A stretch of DNA of 61,024 nucleotides from Patescibacteria group bacterium (GTDB lineage Bacteria; Patescibacteriota; JAUYIX01; JBHPHK01). The notes below the pieces were generated by a model, which saw nothing but the letters and a program-made list of their open reading frames with translations, searched no databases and was not told the origin of the DNA. The stretch spans positions 1-61,024 of the forward strand of contig JBHPHK010000005.1 of the NCBI GenBank assembly GCA_042569365.1, written 5' to 3'. Position 1 is the first letter of the stretch. The number at the start of each line of letters is the position of its first letter. Positions 46,717 through 54,132 of this stretch are shown here, one piece after another. Made by a program: the position numbers and the translations under genes.

Positions 46717-48630
46717 CTAGCCAGCGCTACTGCCGCCTCCGCCTCCGCCTCCGCCAGAGAATCCGCCAGAAAAACCACTGCCCGATGATCCGCTCGACCA
46801 TCCTGATGATCCACCGCTCTTCGAGACAGGCGTTGCTGCTTGAACAGTTTGAGTGTTCAGGCTTGCAAGACTATTTGCCAGCATCATTGAGTTGAATGTT
46901 CCTTGACCCTGATACCAATCGGGCTGCTCCATCGCCATATCCTTGAAGCGCTTAGCCCACTCGTCTTCGATCTCAAAGATCATGGCATACGGCAGGAATT
47001 TTTGGAAAGTCTCAGGCGTTAAGTCCTGCAAACGGAAGCGCTCCGCCGTGTGCAAATAGTCATAAAAGCCGCGCGCATGCTCTTCAGCCAGCTTGCCCTT
47101 CTCAGTCCGCTTCGGCGCAAAGCGTCCAAAAATTATCACAAGTATTCCATCAACTATAAGCGGTGCCCCAATGAATAAGAAAAACATACCAACAAAACCA
47201 AGGCTAATTAATGTGCTGCCGACGCCATAGTAAGCCTTGCGCACGCTGTCCGGATTTTTCACGAAGAAACCATCCTTCACAACATTTGTATAGATCTTCT
47301 TCTGAATGCTTCTCACTTCTGTTGCAAGCTTGTTTTTTAGAGCAGAAACTTTTGGCTCATCACTCGACTGGAAAATTCCTCCCAGTAATTCTTTTTCATA
47401 TGCATTCAACTCTCGATCTCCAAACGATTTTCTAGTCGGCTCGCTCTTGATAAATTGATAATCCTTACCTTTGAATATTTTGCCCTTCTCAAGCTCTTTG
47501 ATTTTCAAATAACCGCGCACAGCCAAGTCAACCAGGGTCGCTGCTGTAAAGTGCGGTTTGTATTTCTCCTCGAGCACAACACCCATCGTCGCTGGTGCCA
47601 TTCCCTTCGGCGGATCGTACTCTGGCACGATCGTAGTCCGGCCCGGCGCGTCTTTACCCTTCTTGTTCCACCTGTACAACAGCCAGCCAAATAGCAAGAA
47701 CGGATGTAGGAAGAAAATTACTGCTCCGCCATACACGAGATAAAACCAAATAGTTGGCCTGAGATCTACAATTACGGGGGCGACCTCTCCCTTTTTAACC
47801 TCTACTCGCAATTCTTCCGTCTTATGCCACTTACGCTCAAGTCGGACAATATGATTACCTGGCGCAATATCGACACCCACCTCTAAAGCATCGTTACTAA
47901 CAAATCCAGAATCTCTTCCGTTTAGATATATAGTTGCGCCGGTAGGTTCAGTTTCCACGCGCATGAAGCCGGGGTTGTTCAAGATCCCCTGTGGCCATCC
48001 TGCCACGATTGTAAAATCTGTATATGGCGCTAAATCTTCGCCCGTAAAAAAGAATGTTTTCGTATCAACCACCTCTTGCGTACTATCACTGGCCTCGGTA
48101 TATAAAGTCGTCAGCAATGCACTCTCTGTAGCGCCTGCCGGAATAGTTACTCTGACAGAAACATCGTCTATCGATACATCTCGATCTGAAGAAATTGCAT
48201 TCCAGTAAAGTTCTTGATGATCTTCATAAAAACCAATTCCTCCCACAACGTCATACTGAAAAGTAAACGCGCGCGTCTCATTGCTGGCGCTAAAGTTTAC
48301 TTTAACCTCGACGACATCGGAATATTCTGTAATTTCGAGCGCACTCGCCGGCACCCGATCGCCCGTTTCCTCGTCAAACACCTGGATGTTACGGATCTCA
48401 CGCAAGCGCTGTTTGCTGATATCTCGGATAACCCAGCTGAAATCCCCATCGAAATTCATGGTGTGCGTCTCAGAGACTGTAAATATTCCAGACTCCTGCA
48501 CCCGAATATCAACATCCCACGCTTCAAAATACCAACTCTTGGCCTGGGCCTGGCTCGCAAATGAGAAAACAAAAATGGCCGTAAACAATACCGCCGAGAT
48601 AAATAGGATCTTTTTAATATTTGAAAACAT
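46717..48630 (-). CDS. DUF2207-family membrane protein
   Basis: The N-terminal extracellular domain (WYFEAWDVDIRVQESGIFTVSE) is followed by internal TM segments and a Gly/Ser-rich tail (GGFSGGGGGGGGSSAG). The start is taken at ATG 48630 (MFSNIKKILF); the track start is 48660. Confidence 0.7.
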   Translation of the reverse strand: MFSNIKKILFISAVLFTAIFVFSFASQAQAKSWYFEAWDVDIRVQESGIFTVSETHTMNFDGDFSWVIRDISKQRLREIRNIQVFDEETGDRVPASALEITEYSDVVEVKVNFSASNETRAFTFQYDVVGGIGFYEDHQELYWNAISSDRDVSIDDVSVRVTIPAGATESALLTTLYTEASDSTQEVVDTKTFFFTGEDLAPYTDFTIVAGWPQGILNNPGFMRVETEPTGATIYLNGRDSGFVSNDALEVGVDIAPGNHIVRLERKWHKTEELRVEVKKGEVAPVIVDLRPTIWFYLVYGGAVIFFLHPFLLFGWLLYRWNKKGKDAPGRTTIVPEYDPPKGMAPATMGVVLEEKYKPHFTAATLVDLAVRGYLKIKELEKGKIFKGKDYQFIKSEPTRKSFGDRELNAYEKELLGGIFQSSDEPKVSALKNKLATEVRSIQKKIYTNVVKDGFFVKNPDSVRKAYYGVGSTLISLGFVGMFFLFIGAPLIVDGILVIIFGRFAPKRTEKGKLAEEHARGFYDYLHTAERFRLQDLTPETFQKFLPYAMIFEIEDEWAKRFKDMAMEQPDWYQGQGTFNSMMLANSLASLNTQTVQAATPVSKSGGSSGWSSGSSGSGFSGGFSGGGGGGGGSSAG

Positions 48631-49585
48631 TCGGGTATTTTTTGTTAAGTTTATCTGCAAAAATTGTCATCACGGCCCGGCGCAGATTTAGGCCGGGAAT
48701 AGTGTTTTTATATATATGATTGTGACGAGTTATGGAGTTTATCATATCATCTACGAACGCTGCTCTGATATCTAGATCACTATCCAGCGCATTTTCTAGA
48801 CCCTGGATTGTATTGAACTGTTTTTCCATATTGATTTGTTCCCTCTCGATCCTTTGCTGCATTTCAGGCCTTGTGTATCTTTGCTCATTAAATAATTCTT
48901 CGGCCGAATAAAGACTAGCGAGATGTTTCATGACTCTTTCTATACCAGCCGCGTCATCGATATATTCTGCTAATACTTTTTCAAGCTTTAGGCCTTCTAT
49001 CGTTTTCAGGGTGTCTTTATATTTCTGTTCTTCTTCAGTGCTTATTTTTAGGTCCAGCCTGTCTAGGCGCTGCAACAATTCTCGAGCATTACTTACTTGT
49101 TTTCCCTCACGATCCTTATCTAAGACCTCCTTATATGTCGCACGCAGATTTAGATTTGGAATAACCTCACTTAGAGGATGTCGCTTGCGTGTAATGCCTT
49201 GCGATACTCTTTCCAGCTCTTTAGAAGACGCACCGGGAGTAGCATATTCACGCTTCAGTAATTCCATCAGGTGAAGTTGGCTACTGAGACCTGTTTCTTG
49301 TTTCTCTTGCTCGCTTAAAAGTTTTTCAGACAAATCAGCAAAACCGGCTATAAACTCATCAGCGCTTTGATACTTCTCAACAAAAACGTTGCGCAGCTCC
49401 TCTTCACTAGCCTGCCGCACAGTAACCAAATCAGCGGCATTCACAAAATCAGCCTCCAGAAGATTATCCAGGCTCGTGCTTACTTTCTTATAGCGTGATT
49501 CTACGCTTTCAGAAAAGTTCTTGTCGTCTCCTGATTCTGATGGGATTTCTGCGCCATTTACGGCAAATCCTTCGGAAGTAGTCAT
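48614..49585 (-). CDS. Hypothetical cytoplasmic helical protein
   Basis: 323 aa from ATG 49585 (MTTSEGF...). It is charged and helical, with no motif I recognise. The track's 5' extension lies inside the divergent promoter region. Confidence 0.5.
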   Translation of the reverse strand: MTTSEGFAVNGAEIPSESGDDKNFSESVESRYKKVSTSLDNLLEADFVNAADLVTVRQASEEELRNVFVEKYQSADEFIAGFADLSEKLLSEQEKQETGLSSQLHLMELLKREYATPGASSKELERVSQGITRKRHPLSEVIPNLNLRATYKEVLDKDREGKQVSNARELLQRLDRLDLKISTEEEQKYKDTLKTIEGLKLEKVLAEYIDDAAGIERVMKHLASLYSAEELFNEQRYTRPEMQQRIEREQINMEKQFNTIQGLENALDSDLDIRAAFVDDMINSITRHNHIYKNTIPGLNLRRAVMTIFADKLNKKYPNVFKY

Positions 49586-49591
49586 ATATAT

Positions 49592-49619
49592 ATTATAATT
49601 AAATAGCCGGTATTGACAA
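49592..49619 (-). promoter_or_regulatory. Sigma70-type promoter, probably giving a leaderless transcript
   Basis: On the minus strand: TTGTCA (49614-49619), 16-nt spacer, TATAAT (49592-49597), then 6 nt to ATG 49585. Confidence 0.45.
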
Positions 49620-49641
49620 TAACGAAAACATTTGTTACAAT
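49613..49641 (+). promoter_or_regulatory. Sigma70-type promoter for the L,D-transpeptidase gene
   Basis: TTGACA (49613-49618), 17-nt spacer, TACAAT (49636-49641). Confidence 0.5.
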
Positions 49642-49724
49642 GCTCCGATTTCAAAATTAAGTGGCCCTTGAATACAGCCCTTAAACCTGAAATTACTAAC
49701 GTTAAACACCCTTTTACCCTATTT

Positions 49725-50927
49725 ATGAACTATCCTCACCCCGGTCCATTTCGCATAATTCTAGCCATTTGTGCCTCAATTGTTTTATTTGGCGGCCTCT
49801 CAATGGCTGTCAGCACAGCCTCGGCGCATGCTTCAGAAATTGTTGGCACGGAATCGGAATCTACCGCGCTCATCAACGAAGGTTTCACATCTCCAACTGT
49901 GGACGAGATTGTTGATGTAACCATCCAAGCTTCTGCCACTATTGAAGTTGAGAGTATTACTCCAAGCGGCGGTAAAGTCTGGCCAAACACTCCAATCATC
50001 GTTAAGTTTACGACTGACGTTGATCAAGCCATGGCCGAAATGAAGATCCATGTTGCTCCACGCGTCTCAGGAATTTATGAATGGATCGATGGTCGCACTG
50101 TCCGTTTCTGGCCTTGGATGCAAGGAAACAATATGCGTTATTCCGTTCAGGTTACTGCTGGCGTTCCTTCCCTTGGTGATCCTAATGTGAAGACTACGCA
50201 AGAGGCGTTAATTTATTATATTGCAAAGGATTTGCCTGGTGACTCGCGCATTTTCCGTGTTGCCATAACTAATCCACACCCGAATACAACTGTTGGCGTA
50301 AACCAGCCTATTAAGATTGTCTTCAGTCATCCAGTTGATAGAGCCGCTGCCCAAGCACGTTTGCATGTCGCACCACATAAAGGTGGTACGTTTACTTGGC
50401 CAGATGACAACACGATGATTTATACGCCGAATGCGCAAAAAGCTGGTTATCGTTATTCTTATCAAGTAACGGCAGGTATTCCCTGGCTAGCCAACAATGC
50501 AGTCGTCACAAAGTCTGGTGTTCTCTTTTACTATAAAACCTTTAGTGGTTATTTCAGTGCATCCGGCAAACGCATCATCATCGACCTCTCTCAGCAAAGA
50601 ATTTATGCCTACGAAGGTTCTAAATTGATGTTCAGTAACCTAGTCAGTACCGGTCTTCCCGGCACGCCTACTCCTGTCGGCACATTTAGGATTCGACGTA
50701 AAGTAGCTGTGATGGCTTATGTTGCTCCTACTTATTACCTGCCTAACACTCACTGGAACTCTGAATTCCATCGCACCTATGCGGGTGGCTACTACATCCA
50801 CGAGGCCTGGTGGCACAATAATTTTGGACACCCGATGAGCCATGGTTGTGTGAACATGACGTACAGTGGATCAAAGTATATCTACTACTGGGCACCGATC
50901 GGAACTCCAGTTTATATCCGGCGTTAA
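49725..50927 (+). CDS. L,D-transpeptidase (YkuD domain) with two N-terminal Ig-like repeats
   Basis: 400 aa from ATG 49725, with a signal or anchor (ILAICASIVLFGGLSMAVSTASA). Two paralogous modules of about 95 aa are followed by YIHEAWWHNNFGHPMSHGCVNM (catalytic His/Cys motif). Confidence 0.8.
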   Translation: MNYPHPGPFRIILAICASIVLFGGLSMAVSTASAHASEIVGTESESTALINEGFTSPTVDEIVDVTIQASATIEVESITPSGGKVWPNTPIIVKFTTDVDQAMAEMKIHVAPRVSGIYEWIDGRTVRFWPWMQGNNMRYSVQVTAGVPSLGDPNVKTTQEALIYYIAKDLPGDSRIFRVAITNPHPNTTVGVNQPIKIVFSHPVDRAAAQARLHVAPHKGGTFTWPDDNTMIYTPNAQKAGYRYSYQVTAGIPWLANNAVVTKSGVLFYYKTFSGYFSASGKRIIIDLSQQRIYAYEGSKLMFSNLVSTGLPGTPTPVGTFRIRRKVAVMAYVAPTYYLPNTHWNSEFHRTYAGGYYIHEAWWHNNFGHPMSHGCVNMTYSGSKYIYYWAPIGTPVYIRR

Positions 50928-50950
50928 GTTTAAGTAAAATTTAAACACTA

Positions 50951-50975
50951 AACTCTCCTCAATGAGAGTTTTTTG
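50951..50975 (+). terminator. Intrinsic terminator after the L,D-transpeptidase gene
   Basis: AACTCTC-CTCAAT-GAGAGTT followed by TTTTT. Confidence 0.75.
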
Positions 50976-50980
50976 TTGTC

Positions 50981-51009
50981 TTGTCCTTTTTGTAATGCAG
51001 ATATATACT
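50981..51009 (+). promoter_or_regulatory. Sigma70-type promoter, probably giving a leaderless ABC transcript
   Basis: TTGTCC (50981-50986), 17-nt spacer, TATACT (51004-51009), then 7 nt to ATG 51017. No SD is present. Confidence 0.45.
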
Positions 51010-51016
51010 TTAGTCT

Positions 51017-52006
51017 ATGACCAAAATCGTTGAAGTAAATAATTTGACTAAAAAGTTCAAAGATCTTGTCGCCGTGGACAATGTCTCATTTGATGTTGAG
51101 GCTGGTACGAATTTTGCCTTTTTAGGACCGAACGGAGCCGGCAAAACTACTACTATTCATATGTTGGCCACTTTATTGGCGCCAACTTCAGGCACCGCTA
51201 AGATTAATGGCTTTGACATTTCAAAAGACCGTGACAAAGTCCGTTCTTCGATTGGTCTTACCTTTCAAGACCCTTCTCTGGATGATTCTCTGACCGCCTG
51301 GGAGAATCTTAAGTACCATGCCCGCTTCTATGATGTCCCTAAGATTAAGTTTGAGAAGCGCGCTGAAGAAGTTTTAAATATGGTGGAACTTTGGGACCGC
51401 CGCAAGGATGTCGTGAAGAAGTTTTCAGGAGGCATGCGTCGTCGCCTAGAGATTGCACGCAGTCTTCTGCATTATCCTAAATTACTTTTCCTTGACGAAC
51501 CTACCCTAGGCCTCGATCCTCAGACGCGCAATAAAATCTGGGAATATTTAGATAAATTGCGAAGTGAGCGAGAAATCACGCTCTTCATGACGACTCACTA
51601 TATGCAGGAGGCTGAGCAGGCCGACCAGGTCGCGATTATCGACAACGGTAAAATTATTGCCAATAACACACCCGCTGATCTAAAGAAAAAGCATATCGGT
51701 GGAGATTTGTTTTATATTAATACAGCAAATAACGAACAAACAGTTAAAGAACTTGAAAAAGAATTTTGCTGTGAAGTACGTCAAGATAAAAAGGATCGAA
51801 TCGTTTTCACTGTGCCGGATAGTACCGCTGCACTGCCTAAGATCGATACAACCATTACCGCCGATCTTCTCAGTCTTGAGCTGCACCAGCCGACACTAGA
51901 AGATGTTTTCCTTAAACTAACTGGTCGCGAGATCCGAGAGGAAGATGCTTCACAAGCAGAAATGAATAAGCGTCATCTGCGTACGCGCCGCCGAGGCCCA
52001 CACTAA
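51017..52006 (+). CDS. ABC transporter ATP-binding protein (DrrA/ABC-2-associated type)
   Basis: 329 aa with GPNGAGKTT, FSGGMRRRLEIA and LLFLDEPT. Confidence 0.9.
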   Translation: MTKIVEVNNLTKKFKDLVAVDNVSFDVEAGTNFAFLGPNGAGKTTTIHMLATLLAPTSGTAKINGFDISKDRDKVRSSIGLTFQDPSLDDSLTAWENLKYHARFYDVPKIKFEKRAEEVLNMVELWDRRKDVVKKFSGGMRRRLEIARSLLHYPKLLFLDEPTLGLDPQTRNKIWEYLDKLRSEREITLFMTTHYMQEAEQADQVAIIDNGKIIANNTPADLKKKHIGGDLFYINTANNEQTVKELEKEFCCEVRQDKKDRIVFTVPDSTAALPKIDTTITADLLSLELHQPTLEDVFLKLTGREIREEDASQAEMNKRHLRTRRRGPH

Positions 52007-52010
52007 ACCT

Positions 52011-52802
52011 ATGAAACTCCGAATCGCCCTCAAAGCCACAGAATCCATTTGGGAACGTGATATCGTCCGCTACTGGCGCGATAAAGCACGGTTCTTTAGC
52101 TCACTGATCCAGCCCTTGCTCTTCCTAGCAATCTTTGGAGTTGGTATGAAATCCGCCTTTTCGGTTGATCTGATTCAGTTTGATTATGTCCAGTTTATGT
52201 TCCCGGGGATTATCGCTACGACTGTCCTTGGTATCTCTATTTCAACCGCAGTTTCCATCGTTACTGATCGGCAGTTTGGTTTCTTAAAAGAGATTTTGGT
52301 TTCCCCGATCCCACGCACTTCAATAGCCATCGGCAAGATCTTGTCCGGAACAACGCTCGGTCTCATCCAGACTGTCTTACTTTTAGTCCTTGGAATCTTT
52401 ATCGGTTTTCAACTTAATTTTAGCCTGGTACTCCTCACTATCGGAATTGTCGCCCTGCTTGGATTTGCGATCACCGGACTTGGCGTAATCATCGCGGCCC
52501 GCATGAAATCGACTGAAGGTTTTCAGTTTATCTTCCAACTTTTGATCTTTCCGATGATGTTCCTGTCGGGCGCCTTCTTTCCTTTGAGAGACGCTCCGCT
52601 TTGGATGGACTGGATCTCAAAAATCAATCCGCTAACTTATGCTGTTGATGGACTGCGCAGAGTTTTATTGGAAGGAACCGTACCAGCACAAGTTATCGAT
52701 AGCGTTACTATTCATAGCCTGAGTACTAATATTTTAGTAACCGTCGGTTTTGGGATTTTGTTTGTGATAGTTGGAGTATTCCTGTTTAGACGAGCAAAAT
52801 AG
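52011..52802 (+). CDS. ABC-2 type transporter permease
   Basis: 263 aa with 6 TM segments. It immediately follows the ATPase gene. Confidence 0.85.
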   Translation: MKLRIALKATESIWERDIVRYWRDKARFFSSLIQPLLFLAIFGVGMKSAFSVDLIQFDYVQFMFPGIIATTVLGISISTAVSIVTDRQFGFLKEILVSPIPRTSIAIGKILSGTTLGLIQTVLLLVLGIFIGFQLNFSLVLLTIGIVALLGFAITGLGVIIAARMKSTEGFQFIFQLLIFPMMFLSGAFFPLRDAPLWMDWISKINPLTYAVDGLRRVLLEGTVPAQVIDSVTIHSLSTNILVTVGFGILFVIVGVFLFRRAK

Positions 52803-52847
52803 TTTCATTTAGAGACCGTTTCAAAAGATATATTCTCAAGTCCCGTG

Positions 52848-53401
52848 TATTCGCGGAACAGGTTTTTCTTGAGGATTAAATAATTAATATCCCTCAAGGA
52901 ATTTCACTCAAGCGAACTAGACTTAAGATCCGTAAGTTCGCTTTCATGTATTCTCTTTCTATATGCGCTTATTACTATATCTTCATCAACTACGCATCTC
53001 TACAAGCTTCTCAACAAATATTTTCTTCTGCGAGCCTTGTTTTCGATATTTACTTAAGGATACATACTTCACGGTCACAGCGCTCTGGAAGAAAATATTC
53101 ATTGAGAGTCATAAAGAGGTCCGAATAAATAAGATATGACTCGAAAATTACCCGTCTATAATGTATTCTGATGTTCCGGTCTTTCGAGGAGTAGCTTATT
53201 TATGAGGACTGAAGAGTTGTTTGATTTCCTCTCAAAAAACATCTTCTGCGAATCTTGTTGGCTATCAAACAGGTTAACAGCATTCTTGAGGATATTTTTT
53301 GAGATGAGTCAAGTTGTAGTTGCTGTTTCTTAAAATCCGAAAAAAGGCATGAGACATACCTTGAGGTTCTGCATATTCGCGATGCAGGCTTTTCTTGAGG
53401 A
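52848..53401 (-). repeat. Four same-orientation copies of a roughly 28-nt motif inside a 619-bp ORF-poor, AT-rich segment
   Basis: On the plus strand: TATTCGCGGAACAGGTTTTTCTTGAGGA (52848-52875) and TATTCGCGATGCAGGCTTTTCTTGAGGA (53374-53401). More diverged copies lie at 53164-53190 and 53266-53292. An inverted partial copy (CCCTCAAGGA) lies at 52891-52900. Confidence 0.5.
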
Positions 53402-53421
53402 CATATTAATTAACAATAAAC

Positions 53422-53994
53422 TTACTGTTTTTGAAGAATCAATTCCAATATGCGATGTGTATGCATTACTGGCCGCCGATCTTTTCTCTTAACTATTTTA
53501 CGATGAATTATATTAAACATCGAAACTAGTTGCATTATATCATTCTCGTCATGATGATAATCGTTATTTCCGTCCTTATCTACAATGTCTAAATTAAAAT
53601 GTATAAAAAAGTATCCTCCAGACTTTAAGGTTCTATATATCTCTTGCACTGCCTTTTCTTTGTTAACGTAATGAATAACATTGATCATAAAATAAGCGCC
53701 AACACTATTATCTTTTAGTATTGAATTTTCTATATTCTGAAGTTCAAATTTTAGTTTAGGATATTTTGTCTCGGCTAGATCAATTTCTTCCTTAGAACAA
53801 TCGATTCCCATTGTACTAAATCCTGACTTAGAAAATACTTCTACATCCCGGCCACTACTGCAACCGATATCAACGATTAAGCCGCTAAAGTTTTTGTTCT
53901 TTAGAAAATCAGCAAATGCCTCAGCATAGACTGTCGGGTGCTCTTCCCAATGCCTACTATTATTATATTTTCGATAAAGCTTTTCTTCTTTCAT
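53422..53994 (-). CDS. Class I SAM-dependent methyltransferase
   Basis: 190 aa with LIVDIGCSSGRD (motif I) and LKSGGYFFIHF. The gene is very AT-rich. Its ATG lies 5 nt downstream of the tRNA-Glu 3' end. Confidence 0.75.
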   Translation of the reverse strand: MKEEKLYRKYNNSRHWEEHPTVYAEAFADFLKNKNFSGLIVDIGCSSGRDVEVFSKSGFSTMGIDCSKEEIDLAETKYPKLKFELQNIENSILKDNSVGAYFMINVIHYVNKEKAVQEIYRTLKSGGYFFIHFNLDIVDKDGNNDYHHDENDIMQLVSMFNIIHRKIVKRKDRRPVMHTHRILELILQKQ

Positions 53995-53999
53995 AAAAA

Positions 54000-54075
54000 T
54001 GGTAGTCCCTACGGGAGTCGAACCCGTGTTTCCAGAATGAGAATCTGGCGTCCTAGGCCACTAGACGAAGGGACC
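54000..54075 (-). tRNA. tRNA-Glu (anticodon CUC), CCA encoded
   Basis: GGTCCCTTCGTCTAGTGGCCTAGGACGCCAGATTCTCATTCTGGAAACACGGGTTCGACTCCCGTAGGGACTACCA is 76 nt and forms a hand-folded cloverleaf with anticodon loop TTCTCAT. Confidence 0.92.
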
Positions 54076-54132
54076 GTATTTGAATATTTCACGTTTATCT
54101 AACCTAGCAGATCTAACGTTTCTTGTCGAGCC

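Noticed and set aside
46717-46800. GCCTCC/GGAGGC hexanucleotide run at the 3' end of the DUF2207 gene, considered as a tandem repeat or contingency locus.
   Set aside because: It simply encodes the Gly-rich tail typical of this family. The unit is a multiple of three, so slippage would not switch the gene off.
49632-49724. 5' extension of the L,D-transpeptidase ORF (track start 49632) and of the divergent ORF (track start 49654).
   Set aside because: Both extensions lie inside the overlapping TTGACA/TATAAT promoter elements. The extension of the plus ORF starts at a non-ATG codon. The signal peptide begins right after ATG 49725.
52800-52881. The permease stop codon TAG is followed by 26 in-frame sense codons ending in the repeat motif, which could suggest stop-codon read-through.
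   Set aside because: There is no read-through context or recoding signal, and the extension is AT-rich and not hydrophobic like the permease. Most likely this is coincidence.
52946-53128. 60-aa plus-strand ORF in the repeat-bearing segment (MYSLSICAYYYIFINY...).
   Set aside because: It has no SD and an odd composition, and it lies in a region where both strands give stop-interrupted protein-like fragments. I kept the region as a finding but do not call this ORF a gene.
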